Positions 12,842-24,719 of a stretch of DNA of 64,000 nt are shown here, piece by piece. Every line of letters begins with the position of its first letter. Position 1 is the first letter of the stretch. Source of the DNA: Octopus bimaculoides (lineage: Eukaryota); the NCBI RefSeq assembly GCF_001194135.2, contig NC_068993.1, positions 3,221,428-3,285,427 on the forward strand, in the 5' to 3' direction. A program made the translations under genes and the position numbers. The notes below the pieces were generated by a model. The model did no database searches and had not been told where the DNA came from. It worked only from the letters and a program-made list of their open reading frames with translations.

Positions 12842-13140
12842 CATAACAGTTTAGCTTGGGAGGTTAAGCAGTTGTGGTCGATGAAAAAGGTGGTAGTTGT
12901 ACCAATAATTGTCGGAACCCTGGGAACAGTGAGTAAAAATCTTGAGAAGTACATGGAACAAATAGGGGTTGCAATAAGGGTAGATCATTTGCAGAAAACA
13001 GCACTGCTTGGAACCGCTTGGATACTCCGGAAGGTGCTTGAAAAATAAGGGGTGTTACTTTAGTTCACCGGTAGTGAACAGCTGACACTGTAGTACATCT
13101 CTAGCGTTAGAAACTATGCAAAGGCAATAATAATAATAAT
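12842..13140 (+). mobile_element. 5'-truncated R4/Dong-like non-LTR retrotransposon 3' end with (AAT)n tail
   Basis: 12842-13048 reads HNSLAWEVKQLWSMKKVVVVPIIVGTLGTVSKNLEKYMEQIGVAIRVDHLQKTALLGTAWILRKVLEK*, the typical Dong/R4 C-terminus (VVP.I.G.LG ... LQK.ALLGTA.ILRKVL). The 3' UTR has a hairpin GTTCAC-CGGTA-GTGAAC and ends in (AAT)n. Confidence 0.85.
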
Positions 13141-13577
13141 AAATTAATTGCAATTCTTTTACTTAAGAGAAAGTTTAACAGCTTGCAAAAATTGCCTTTG
13201 GTTCTTGAAGAAAGTGGAAAATAATTGATTATTGAAATTTTCTGTTTACGTTTCAATTTTGTATGTAGAGTAAACATTGAAATATCACCACTATCTTTCT
13301 AGATCCTGCTACTTTTCACACAGCATTTTCCCTCTTTGAAAGTTGTCTTTGATCCACCTGCACTTTTGTTGTAAATTTTAGTTTGCAAAATTTGTTTTGT
13401 ATGCCAGAAGGAATTTGTTACTTTACGTACAGTGCCATATTTAAATGAACCTGAGATCTGGTGTTCTACGATTCCCATACATATAAATTAAAAAAATAAT
13501 TGCATTGTGAAAGGTGTTGCAACTTAATAAGTTGCTATTGTCACACCAGGAAAAGAAAGTAAAAAAAGATATGACAT

Positions 13578-13992
13578 CGGTGCAGGCGTGGCTCTGAGGT
13601 AAGAAGCTTGCTTCTCAATCGCATGGTTCCGAGTTCAGTCCCATTGCATGGTACCTTAGGCGAGTGCCTTCCACTGTAACCTCGGGCTGATGAAAGCCCA
13701 GCGAGTGGATTTGGTATATGGAAACTGAAAGAAGCCTGTTGTATGTGTGCACGCGTGGATGTGTGTGTGTTTCTTTATTTCTGTATTTGTCCCCTGCAAC
13801 CACTTAACAACTGATGTTGGTGTGTATAGGTCCCCGTAAAAGAGCAGTTTAACAAAAGACCTTATAAAATAAATATTAGGCTTCAGAAAGTAGGTCCTTG
13901 GGTCAGTTAATTTGACTAAAAATTCTTGAAGGCAGTGTCCCAAAATGGCCACAGTCTAAAAACTGAAATGAATAAGAGAGAAAAAATAAAAG
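13578..13992 (+). mobile_element. SINE family A, near full length (tRNA-derived, CORE-like segment)
   Basis: A-box-like TGGCTCTGAGG, B-box GAGTTCAGTCCC, CORE-like GGTACCTTAGGCGAGTG, central (TG)n region and a family A tail. Confidence 0.85.
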
Positions 13993-14136
13993 GTGCATAG
14001 AAAGTAAAGGATTGCTCTTGTACGATTAGATCTGTTTGATTTCAAGTAATTTGGTAACGTTCTTTGTTGTAATTAGCATTTTGTATTTTATATATATGTG
14101 AACATATACATACATATATACATAGATAGATACATG

Positions 14137-14200
<64 letters not shown>

Positions 14201-14675
14201 AATAGAAAGCAAAGTTATTTTATTATATATATGTATATATTCTTTAAAAATAATGTCGTTGTTAAAAGTGTGTTCCATCAATCCGACTGCACTGAGAACA
14301 CAAATGAGATATATGGTGCTAAAATAGAAACGGTTTATAGAAGAGATATATTAAATGGCTGGTTTCAGTACAAACAATTATTATCGCAAAAATAAAAATG
14401 AGTTGTTCCTATTTCCTGTATAATCTTTCATTTTCTATTTATGTCTTTTGATTAGCCATTTCACACACACACACACACACACACTCACATACACACAATT
14501 ATACACACACATATATTTAGTTAGTTACTCTTTGTTTTTGATATGGCATGGGCATGGGGCCGCTGGTGATGGGGTATCAAAATCATCCAAAATTCCTGAC
14601 CACAAAAAATTTCTGTAAAATGCCAAAGTCATAGAACAATAGTAGATTATACTCTAGCAGGAAATTGTTTGTATA

Positions 14676-14715
<40 letters not shown>

Positions 14716-15157
14716 AAAAAATAATAATAAAAAAAATCATAAATATATAAGATACAAAAATATAAAAGAGTACATAATTCTTTGACTTTGTTTGGTTGTT
14801 GATATATTTTGAAGTTTTGGTGAATCATCGAACCTGCACTTAAAGCTACTTTCATCTTTGGAATAAACGAGACAATCTCCAAACTACGAATAATCTTCGA
14901 GATTAGATGTTTTGTCCGTTTTTCTGCTATTTTCCTGCTAATTAAATAGAAAACAAAAACGGCAAAGCAAAACATGAAAAATACAACAATTCTAAAATAT
15001 TGTTATCAAATCAATCACAGAGAAATGTCAGCAGATCTACAGAACTTCTACTCAATGTGTGTATATGTACGTACATGTGCAGGTATTTATTATAGATGTA
15101 TGTATATCTGTCTGTTTGTTTGTATATATGTATTAATGTATGTATATAAGTAGGAAG

Positions 15158-15229
<72 letters not shown>

Positions 15230-15391
15230 TTAAAGAGGGAGAACGAGAGATAGAATGAGAGAGCGAGGGAGAGAGTATGATATGTATATGTATGTATATA
15301 TTTATGTATATACATGTGTGCATATATGTCTATTTATGGCTAGAGCAATCATGTTATTTTTTATCTATCTATTTCTCTCTCTCTCTCTTTG

Positions 15392-15423
<32 letters not shown>

Positions 15424-15519
15424 TCTATAAAGCATATAAATATGCATTCATGAGTATATAGATATACATACATATATACATACAAGCATACACACACTCA
15501 TACACACATACATGACCAC

Positions 15520-15610
15520 ATGTGTACCGTTGGTAATTTTCTTTCTCCGTCTTCCCTTCTTTGGACTTTTTCTATATTTCTGATGAAGAGCTCTGCTCAA
15601 AACAGTTTGT
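15520..15610 (+). ncRNA. Degenerate minimal hammerhead ribozyme motif in a Penelope-pLTR-like fragment
   Basis: CTGATGA-A-GAGC-TCT-GCTC-AAAA-C at 15580-15603. G12 is mutated to A. Same stem II and pyrimidine-rich upstream context as the copy at 58861 (-). Confidence 0.6.
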
Positions 15611-16604
15611 TCCGATTGGTGCTGTACACGTATCTCTACTATTCTGTATTCTGTTGGGCCCAGTAAGTATATTTAGCTTCCCTCACCATTCTGTTTCAAG
15701 CACGATTTCTATTGCTAAGATACTATTGTAGCCTTAAAGATTCAATTAATTTGAACTAGAGTTTGTTTGAAATGTTTTAATGTTTTAATTAGTTACTCCA
15801 ATCTTAGTTTCTGCTCAATATTTGTTGATTGGGAGTGATTAATAAGAACAATGACAGCAGTAATAATTCTATCAAGTTTTTCACACGGCGTCAATACCTC
15901 TCAATGTTCCAAAGTGGTACTATAACATTGGTCAAGAACTGTTCTTTATCACATTCTGATTTATAGCTTTTACTCTTGAGAATTTGGTGTTTAGTTCCTA
16001 TATAATGCTCATTTACTTAATTGTTCCATTTTCATTTCTACTTTTATTTCTTTGGCAGCATTCTATGTTATAGTATCACAGACACTAGAAAATTTAAGTG
16101 AAGAAACATTTTGTTTATAGACATAGTCCCTGGAGTGTAGTGTTTTGAATAACTTTGCAATATCCTTGGCTTGATGTTACTAAATGTTGGTTGTTGAATT
16201 AGGCAATTGTCATTTTGGTCATTACAGGTTAAGAAGAATATTTAAGAGGTCGTGGCAAAATTTAGACCTCATTTACTGCTCTCTTGTTGGCAAACATTCA
16301 AAGAGCTTTAGCAAGATCTCATCTATCAAATAACACAAAATTCCTCACCTACAGAAGCAGTTCTGTGCTTTGTGAGGTATGTTGTGGTCATTTAGATCCA
16401 GATCAACCCTCATCCAGGATAACTGTGATCAAAACCCTTCCTGTCCTGATGACTATTTGGCTGTTATTTCTAGCAGGTCCTGTTATACCATGGAGGTTTC
16501 CTTCTTTGCTTTAACAATGTTTGTTACTTTCACTCATGTCTATCTGTAGCATGTGAAACTGCATAGACAAAAACTGCTCGAAAAATTTGTCAAATATCAT
16601 CGTT

Positions 16605-16855
16605 ATCGTCGTTGTCATCATTTAATATCCCACGTTCCATGATGGCAAACTGAGCTGTCGGTCAATTGGGCACTGCCCAAGGGCCTGAAGCTCTGAGGGA
16701 CAGTTTGCCCCTGTGCCTGACAGTTCAACAGGATGTCCTTCCTAACATCATGCTCTGGAGCTTCTTTAAGCAAAGTTTTTATCGCGGGATGCCCTTCTTA
16801 ACACCAACCACTTTGCAGCATGTATTGTGTGCAGTTTTATGGGACCTGCATTAGT
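16605..16855 (-). mobile_element. Degenerate RTE-type 3' UTR
   Basis: Two GATG(T/C)CCTTC(C/T)TAAC motifs (reverse of GTTAGGAAGGGCATC) and a (CAT)-like tail at about 16605-16620. Confidence 0.55.
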
Positions 16856-16949
16856 GCAGTTTCCTGATACCTTTTCATGACTAAGTGTTTCTAATGTGTC
16901 TTATAACTGAAGGAAAATAGAAGAGAGAGGGTTGGGGTGAGGATTCTCA

Positions 16950-17131
16950 AGCACGGCATGTCGCCCTACGATCCAAGGTACTTTTGAGTGGGTTATGCGA
17001 CACTGGTCTAAGTAAAAGCTGTGAACTCACTTTATTTGCTGGGTCTTCTCAGTTACAGCATACCTCCAGAGGTCTTGGTCTTTTGTCATTGCCTCTGTGA
17101 GGTCCAACGTTTGAAGGTCATGCTTCACCAC
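16950..17131 (-). mobile_element. RTE LINE ORF2 C-terminal end and start of 3' UTR
   Basis: Minus strand reads VVKHDLQTLDLTEAMTKDQDLWRYAVTEKTQQIK*, homologous to 44360-44438. Confidence 0.8.
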
Positions 17132-17152
17132 ACACACAAACACACATATATA

Positions 17153-17274
17153 CAACAGGCTTCTTTCAGTTTCCGTCTACCAAATCCACTCACAAAGCTT
17201 TGGTTGGCCCGAGGCTATAGTAGAAGACACTTGCCCAAGGTGCCACTTACCACACAGCCACTCCTGCACCTATG
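17153..17274 (-). mobile_element. SINE family A 5' half with internal deletion
   Basis: High identity to the reverse complement of 57112-57275, but about 45 nt including the B-box are absent (GGTGCCAC joined to TTACCACACAGCC). Confidence 0.85.
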
Positions 17275-18155
17275 CAGATTGTTTAGTTTTAGAATGATAT
17301 TGTAAGGTGGGCGTGAGATGTCAAATCTGGTCAGTTTGAACATAAAACAGACAAAATATTTGGGCCATATATGGCTGGTTTAAATGCTAAATGGCTAAAC
17401 TCCAAGCAGCAGAATGGAACTTGGATTCTCCTAATTAACCAAGCAACCATGATATTCTGTTTACTTTTTCAATATGCTGTAAAATAGTTATTATATTCTG
17501 TCTATTTATGGTGTATATATATATATTTCATTATAATACATATTTATGTTGTTTGTTTTTTAATAAATATTTATTTCTTCATTTTAGATATTTATAATTC
17601 TTATTTTAAACAAATCTATAATTCTTTCTAGTGTGCATTCATAGCTTTAGTTATTTTAACTATTTACATATTGGTTTATTTTACATAAATATATATTTTT
17701 AATGTTTTAAATCTGTATACATTTATTTTAGTAGGTGCAACATGACTATACTTTTATTCCTTTAATGATTTTAGTTGTAGGACTGCAGCCATGCTGGAGC
17801 ACTCTCTTAATCTAATTTTTAGTAGTTTTGTTGTTGCTTTATGGCTGGAAGTTGGTCTATGATTGAGTTTGTAAGAGCTGATCTTTGCTGAATGTGCCCT
17901 CGAATAGTTGGCTGGTCTGCTACTGTGGTTAGGAGTTTATCCAATGTTTATTGTCAATTTTTCAATAGAATATCCTTTTACATTTTTCATTAATTTCAGC
18001 AGGCAATTGAAGACCTTTAAATTTTAGACTGGTACAATAGAGTGATTTTGCTTGTGATTTGAAAGGAGGTATATTCGGAAGCTGATAGTATCTAACAGTT
18101 TGTGTATTAAAATTTCCTCTAATTTTAAAGTTTGGAACATGCACCTCAAGCAATG

Positions 18156-18207
<52 letters not shown>

Positions 18208-18349
18208 CTCTCTCCTCAGCATTTGAGAAAGTAGAGACGCTGAGCTTTCCAACATTTCCACTAATTAAAGCTTGTAACCAAATTTATTTTACTGGTGAGC
18301 CTTCTTTGTAACTCTTTAGTTTCTTGTTTGAAACTGGGTAAGTTAGGAG

Positions 18350-18640
18350 AGCAAAGCTGTGAGCAGTAATATAACCTGGTCAGAAGGAATTTTCTTTGCA
18401 ACAGCAAGATTCTGGGTTCAATCCCAGCAATCCAGCTTGGCCAAATGTCATTTTCTATAGCCTCAAGTTAGTCCATGACTTGTAAATGAATGAGTAGAAG
18501 CCTTTCAGGTGGCTTGTACCTGAAATTCAAAACACAGAGGATTTTGTTATGGATACAAATGTCTGAGGGCTACTCAGCCACTTAAACAGGAGCAGGTTAT
18601 TCAGTTGATCAAAGAACTGGATCCTCCTCGAAAAATTACG
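18350..18640 (+). mobile_element. Degenerate SINE (family B-like tail)
   Basis: B-box GGGTTCAATCCC; tail CTACTCAGCCACTTAAAC...AACTGGATCCTCCTCG is related to 25570-25690 and 32630-32710. Confidence 0.55.
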
Positions 18641-19640
18641 AAGATCCACTGCCATTAATATTAGAGATTCCAGTTTAGAATTTGTGGCACCATGATACTG
18701 TCATTTAGATTACTTGCTATAAAATAACAGGATGAAAGTCCAAATGTGGAGATCTATCAAATAAAGTGATATCTGGTGTTCTGTAGAGGTCCCTTTAGGG
18801 TCCTTCATTATAGAAATTATGAAACTAATATGGCCACTTTTACAGGTTTAGACTTGAATTGCAATCTGGGGGAAAAAGAAAAATCTTTATGGTAGGTGTT
18901 TGGTTATGGAATAATACATTCCTAATGTGATTGTGTTGTTGAGTGAGGCACTGAAGGCAAGGTGTGGCACTTCCTAACGGTGACACATGGAATGATGTAG
19001 TAATATTGCTTTCACACTGTTGCTTTCATTCATAAAATATAAATGATTTAAGTAACATTAATCTAATGCACAATTCTGACACATAGATTCTGATGTCGCC
19101 ATCACCACTAAACGCTCCACCGATCGATGTAAGGTGCTAATGAAGAACACATAATCAATATCTCAGAGAATTTATATCTTGTACTAATTTATTTAATTCA
19201 TTGCATCATCAATCACAACATTTTGATTTTTACTTGAGTCATTTCTGTGATATTTAATAATAATTTAATAAAAGCCACAGCAGGAAACCGCAGATTCGCT
19301 GACTACATACAAAATCCCTTCATTTTAAAAGGTGATGAAATAGAGAAATAAGACATTTAGGCATTTGCCAGGGAATATATGTTATAATTTCATGACAAGC
19401 TATTTGCAGATATTTGAAATGGCATATCTTTCATGCAGTCATACCATCCACCCATTAATCTGTCCATCCATCTATCCAGTTATATATCAGTAAATGGCTT
19501 TTGCTATTTAGCCCCAAATTGACTGTGATTGAACAAATCTATAATAAAAATAGTTTCCAACCATGACCAACCAGTCTATTTTAGGACATCTACAATTATG
19601 TGACCAATAGCATTCAGATTATTCTATCAAGCATAATACT

Positions 19641-19910
19641 TACAGTTCTATGTTTAAGAGATGAGGAATTATGTGCATTATTTACATTAGACGGATGTTT
19701 GTCCTCATCTTGTTTGTTGTTAACATGATGTTTCGGCTGATATACCCTCCAGCCTTCATCGGGTGTCTTGGGGAAATTTCAAACCTGGGTTCTCATTTCT
19801 ATGGTATTTTTTGATATTATTATTATTATTATTATTCAGGTCATTGCCTGGAATCGAACTCGGAATCTTGGGGTTAGTAGCCCACACTCTTGACCACTAT
19901 GCCATATGCC
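19641..19910 (-). mobile_element. Apparently full-length ~270 bp element: tRNA-like head + (AAT)n + minimal hammerhead ribozyme
   Basis: Minus strand: GGCATATGGCATAGTGGTCAAGAG (A-box) TGTGGG-CTACTAA-CCC AAGATTCCGAGTTCGATTCC (B-box) ... (AAT)n ... GACAC-CCGATGA-A-GGCTG-GAGGGTATAT-CAGCC-GAAA-C-ATC-ATGTT. Confidence 0.85.
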
Positions 19911-19918
19911 TATTGGCA

Positions 19919-19937
19919 TCGATTCCAGGCAGTGACA

Positions 19938-19976
<39 letters not shown>

Positions 19977-20038
19977 TCAAAAAATGCCTTAGGAATGAGA
20001 ATCCAGGTTCGAAATTTCCCCAAGACACCTAATGAAGG
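19919..20038 (+). mobile_element. Inverted partial copy of the tRNA-head/hammerhead element
   Basis: TCGATTCCAGGCAGTGACATGA(ATA)n...CAAGACACCTAATGAAGG is the reverse complement of 19753-19857. It ends where SINE A begins at 20039. Confidence 0.9.
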
Positions 20039-20437
20039 TTGTGTGGTAAGAAGCTTGCATCCCAACCATATTGTTCCGGGTTCAGTCCCACTGCATGTCA
20101 CCTTAGGTAAGTGTCTTCTACTATAGCCTCGGGCCAACCAAAGCCTTATGAGTGGATTTGGTAGACAGGAAGTGAAAGAAGCCTGTCGTATATATATATG
20201 TATATATATATATATATATATATAGAGGGAGAGAGAGAGAGAGAGAGAGATATGTGTATAGGTATGTACGTGTTTGTGTGTCTGTGTTTATGTCCCCGTA
20301 GCTTAGCAGTTTGGCAAAACAGACTGATAGAGTAAGTACTAGACTTACAAAGACTAAGTTCTGGGGTCGATTTGTTCATCTGAAGGCAGTGCTTCAGCAT
20401 AGCTGCTGTCAAATGACTTAAACAAAAGAATAAAGAA
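20039..20437 (+). mobile_element. SINE family A, near full length
   Basis: TGTGTGGTAAGAAGCTTGC...GGGTTCAGTCCC...CACCTTAGGTAAGTGTCTTCTACTATAGCCTCGGGCC...(TA)n(GA)n...CAAATGACTTAAACAAAAGAATAAAGAA. Confidence 0.9.
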
Positions 20438-20494
20438 TGTATATATATATATATAGACAGATAAATAGATGGATAGATAGATAGTCAGACAAAC

Positions 20495-20525
<31 letters not shown>

Positions 20526-20528
20526 TAT

Positions 20529-20583
<55 letters not shown>

Positions 20584-21058
20584 AGGGAGGGAGGTAGGCA
20601 CATAAGGAGACAGATGATATTATATATAAATTGAAAGATCGATAGATAAATGGGCAGATATGCAGACAGGGTGATAAATAAATAAGCAAACTGATAGTTA
20701 GATATCAAGAAGACTTTATTATAATTCTAGAGTGAAAGTTATAATTACACAAAACTGTGTAAAATAATTTCACATGTTTTGCAAAGATGAGTTGTTTTCA
20801 ATACTTTCCAGATTTTAGTTACATAGTATCAATAATTATCAACATTGACATAATGCTCATTATTTTTATTAATTACGTAACTGAAAATTTTAACGACAAA
20901 CGCTAACCCGAAAAAGACAGTAATAAAAAATACAACATGTAACAACGAAATTTCATTTTCACAACAGATATATATATACTGATATATGTGTGGGTGTGGA
21001 GAGAAAGAGAGAGACAGACACACACACGCAAGGACAGAGATAGAGATTTATGCACACA

Positions 21059-21101
<43 letters not shown>

Positions 21102-21224
21102 TTACATAGAATTACATATGTAAATGTATATATACTTCTACATATACACATACATATACATACATATATATGTGTGTGTGTATGCATGTATGATATGGAT
21201 ATGTATTTATCACATATATATATG

Positions 21225-21271
<47 letters not shown>

Positions 21272-21646
21272 ATACATGTGGGTGTGTGTGTGGGGGGATG
21301 CTTATGTATATATCAACATGTATATTGAATATCTATGTATCATAGTACAACTGTTGCAGTTCAATTTATTAAAACGATTGCTAGAAATAAATATCAAAGA
21401 GAAGTTTTATTTTATTTGACAAACAAAAATTTCATATAAAAATCTGCTTTTAACTGATTAGTCTGTGTTTTACAGCTGTTTTTGTTCTTGTTTATGTATA
21501 ATATACACACAAGTACTCACACAACACACAGAAACATGTATATACATATACATACGCATACATACATTCATGGATACATGTATATATATCATATACATAT
21601 ATATTCTTATATATATGTGTGTGTGTGTATACTAATTTTCTACCTG

Positions 21647-21705
<59 letters not shown>

Positions 21706-22582
21706 TTTGTATATGCATGTATGCGTACTCAGATATGCAAACATGTATGTGTGTGTTACCATGTTTGTATATGTAGTTGTTTGTGGGTACATGTATTTGT
21801 TTTGTTAGTGATAGACATGNNNNNNNNNNNNNNNNNNNNNNNNNNNNNNNNNNNNNNNNNNNNNNNNNNNNNNNNNNNNNNNNNNNNNNNNNNNNNNNNN
21901 NNNNNNNNNNNNNNNNNNNNNNNNNNNNNNNNNNNNNNNNNNNNNNNNNNNNNNNNNNNNNNNNNNNNNNNNNNNNNNNNNNNNNNNNNNNNNNNNNNNN
22001 NNNNNNNNNNNNNNNNNNNNNNNNNNNNNNNNNNNNNNNNNNNNNNNNNNNNNNNNNNNNNNNNNNNNNNNNNNNNNNNNNNNNNNNNNNNNNNNNNNNN
22101 NNNNNNNNNNNNNNNNNNNNNNNNNNNNNNNNNNNNNNNNNNNNNNNNNNNNNNNNNNNNNNNNNNNNNNNNNNNNNNNNNNNNNNNNNNNNNNNNNNNN
22201 NNNNNNNNNNNNNNNNNNNNNNNNNNNNNNNNNNNNNNNNNNNNNNNNNNNNNNNNNNNNNNNNNNNNNNNNNNNNNNNNNNNNNNNNNNNNNNNNNNNN
22301 NNNNNNNNNNNNNNNNNNNNNNNNNNNNNNNNNNNNNNNNNNNNNNNNNNNNNNNNNNNNNNNNNNNNNNNNNNNNNNNNNNNNNNNNNNNNNNNNNNNN
22401 NNNNNNNNNNNNNNNNNNNNNNNNNNNNNNNNNNNNNNNNNNNNNNNNNNNNNNNNNNNNNNNNNNNNNNNNNNNNNNNNNNNNNNNNNNNNNNNNNNNN
22501 NNNNNNNNNNNNNNNNNNNNNNNNNNNNNNNNNNNNNNNNNNNNNNNNNNNNNNNNNNNNNNNNNNNNNNNNNNNNNNNNNN

Positions 22583-22618
<36 letters not shown>

Positions 22619-22821
22619 ATATATGTGTGTGTGCATATATAGTTGTTTAGGCATATGTTTGTATATTTGCTTTTTCCAGTCTTATGATGTCTTATGTGAT
22701 GAGCCACTTACTGTTCAATTATAATTAATTCTAGTAAACATGTTTATAATAATTTACATATACATTTCATCTGTGCATAGCAATTTGTGTATTTTTATGT
22801 GCAGATATGTATGTGTTCATG

Positions 22822-22871
<50 letters not shown>

Positions 22872-22919
22872 CATACACACACATGTTTGTATATACACAC
22901 ACACTTATATATATATATA

Positions 22920-23089
22920 GGTACAGGCATACAGGTATGTCTGTGTACTAAGAAGTTTGCTTCTCATGCACATGGTTCCAGGTTTTGTCTAACTCCGTGG
23001 GATTTTGCACAAGTGTCTTGTACTATAAGCTTTGGGTTGGCCAATGCCTTGTGACTACATATGGTTGGTGGAAACTGAGAGAATCCCAT

Positions 23090-23095
<6 letters not shown>
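22920..23095 (+). mobile_element. SINE family A 5' half, degenerate
   Basis: AAGAAGTTTGCTTCTC...GGTTCCAGGTT...CAAGTGTCTTGTACTATA...GGAAACTGAGAGAA. Confidence 0.7.
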
Positions 23096-23136
<41 letters not shown>

Positions 23137-23379
23137 GTATACGTACATACATCTATATATATATATTCATATATATATATATATACGTATATGTACATAC
23201 TTAAATCTATCTATCTATCTATATATATATATATATATATGTGCATATGTGGGCACAGGATGTCATGTCATGACAAACCCCTTTCCACTCAGACACAGCA
23301 ACAAAAATATAGAAATATGCATGGATACATATGTTATGTATGTATATTTGTGTTTACATATCAAATATCTACTAATATA

Positions 23380-23412
<33 letters not shown>

Positions 23413-23470
23413 CTATCCATATCACGTCCTCACCTTGTTGTTTTTTTGTTTTTTTGTTATTGTGTTTTTG

Positions 23471-23513
<43 letters not shown>

Positions 23514-23868
23514 TATTGAGAGAGATAAAAAATTAATAGATTGAGAGATAGATATCCTATGGCATTCACTGAGCCAGGGCATGTGTTAATATTATCGGCA
23601 CAATAACCCTCTCAAGACACAAGATCTCATATTCAGTTCAGATATAAATAATCATTAGTTTATAAATGCAAGCATATGCAGTATTCGTTATTTAAAATTG
23701 TGTTTACAGAAATATATGCATCGTTGAAGATTGACACATGCACTTTGTACATTAGTGTATAAAAATGCATACATACACATACATGTGTGTAGATATATAT
23801 ATATATATATATATATATTCATATTATAGAAAGATATACATATATATATACGCACATACATATATACT

Positions 23869-23926
<58 letters not shown>

Positions 23927-24204
23927 TATATGTATGCGGTGGTATATATGTGCATTCGTGTGTGTGTAAGTGCATGTGTGAATGTTTGTGCAGCATATAT
24001 AGTGCATGATGTAGCATTAATTTAGTTGGTTGCGAAACCATAAATATTATTAATGTAAGTTCTTTAAAAAATGGGCGAAAAAATTGCCTAATTGATATGT
24101 GACTTAATTAGAAAGTTGTGTAAAATGAAACAGAAAATAGTAAATTGAAAAAGAAAGCTAAAATCTGTAAAAGTGTTGAAAGTTTTAATTTGAAGCAAAA
24201 AGCA

Positions 24205-24440
24205 TCATCACCACCAGCATCATCATCATCATCAACAACAACACCACCATCATCATCATCATCATCATGACTATCATTGCTATCGTCTATATCTCCATCC
24301 CTGTAACCACCACCATTATAGTCATCACCCCTATCACTCCACTACTAACTCGCTCACCTCAACCAGCACCACCTCTTCAGCTGTCACTACCACCACCACC
24401 ATCAGTGGTGTTGCCATAGTAATCATCAGCATCAGCATAA
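24205..24440. repeat. Degenerate (CAT/CAC)n trinucleotide tract
   Basis: Directly visible. Similar tracts at 33480-33750, 54560-54820 and 60056-60660. Confidence 0.9.
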
Positions 24441-24494
24441 CTTGTTTTACTTTACCTATCCTCTATTTGACTTACTTTACCTATGTTTTATATA

Positions 24495-24535
<41 letters not shown>

Positions 24536-24719
24536 CTTACATTCTGGCAAAGCATTAAATTCCCTAAACTGTTAATAACCAATGCTTCTTCACAATCATG
24601 GTGACATAACTTCTCTAATCTTGTGCCAGAGTCTTATTTTCTCTTTCATTCTTGAATAAATTACTTTTATAGATTGAATTCATAACTGAAAATAAAACAT
24701 TATCATTATTCATTGCTGA

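Noticed and set aside
17295-17400. Possible MITE right end (...AAATGCTAAATGGCTAAA) pairing with TAGCATTCAGATT at about 19610
   Set aside because: Orientation is wrong for one element and the termini are too degenerate to confirm.
19847-19910. Functional tRNA gene (anticodon ACT)
   Set aside because: Anticodon stem is only 3 bp, there is no 3' acceptor strand, and it is continuous with a repeat body; treated as a SINE head.
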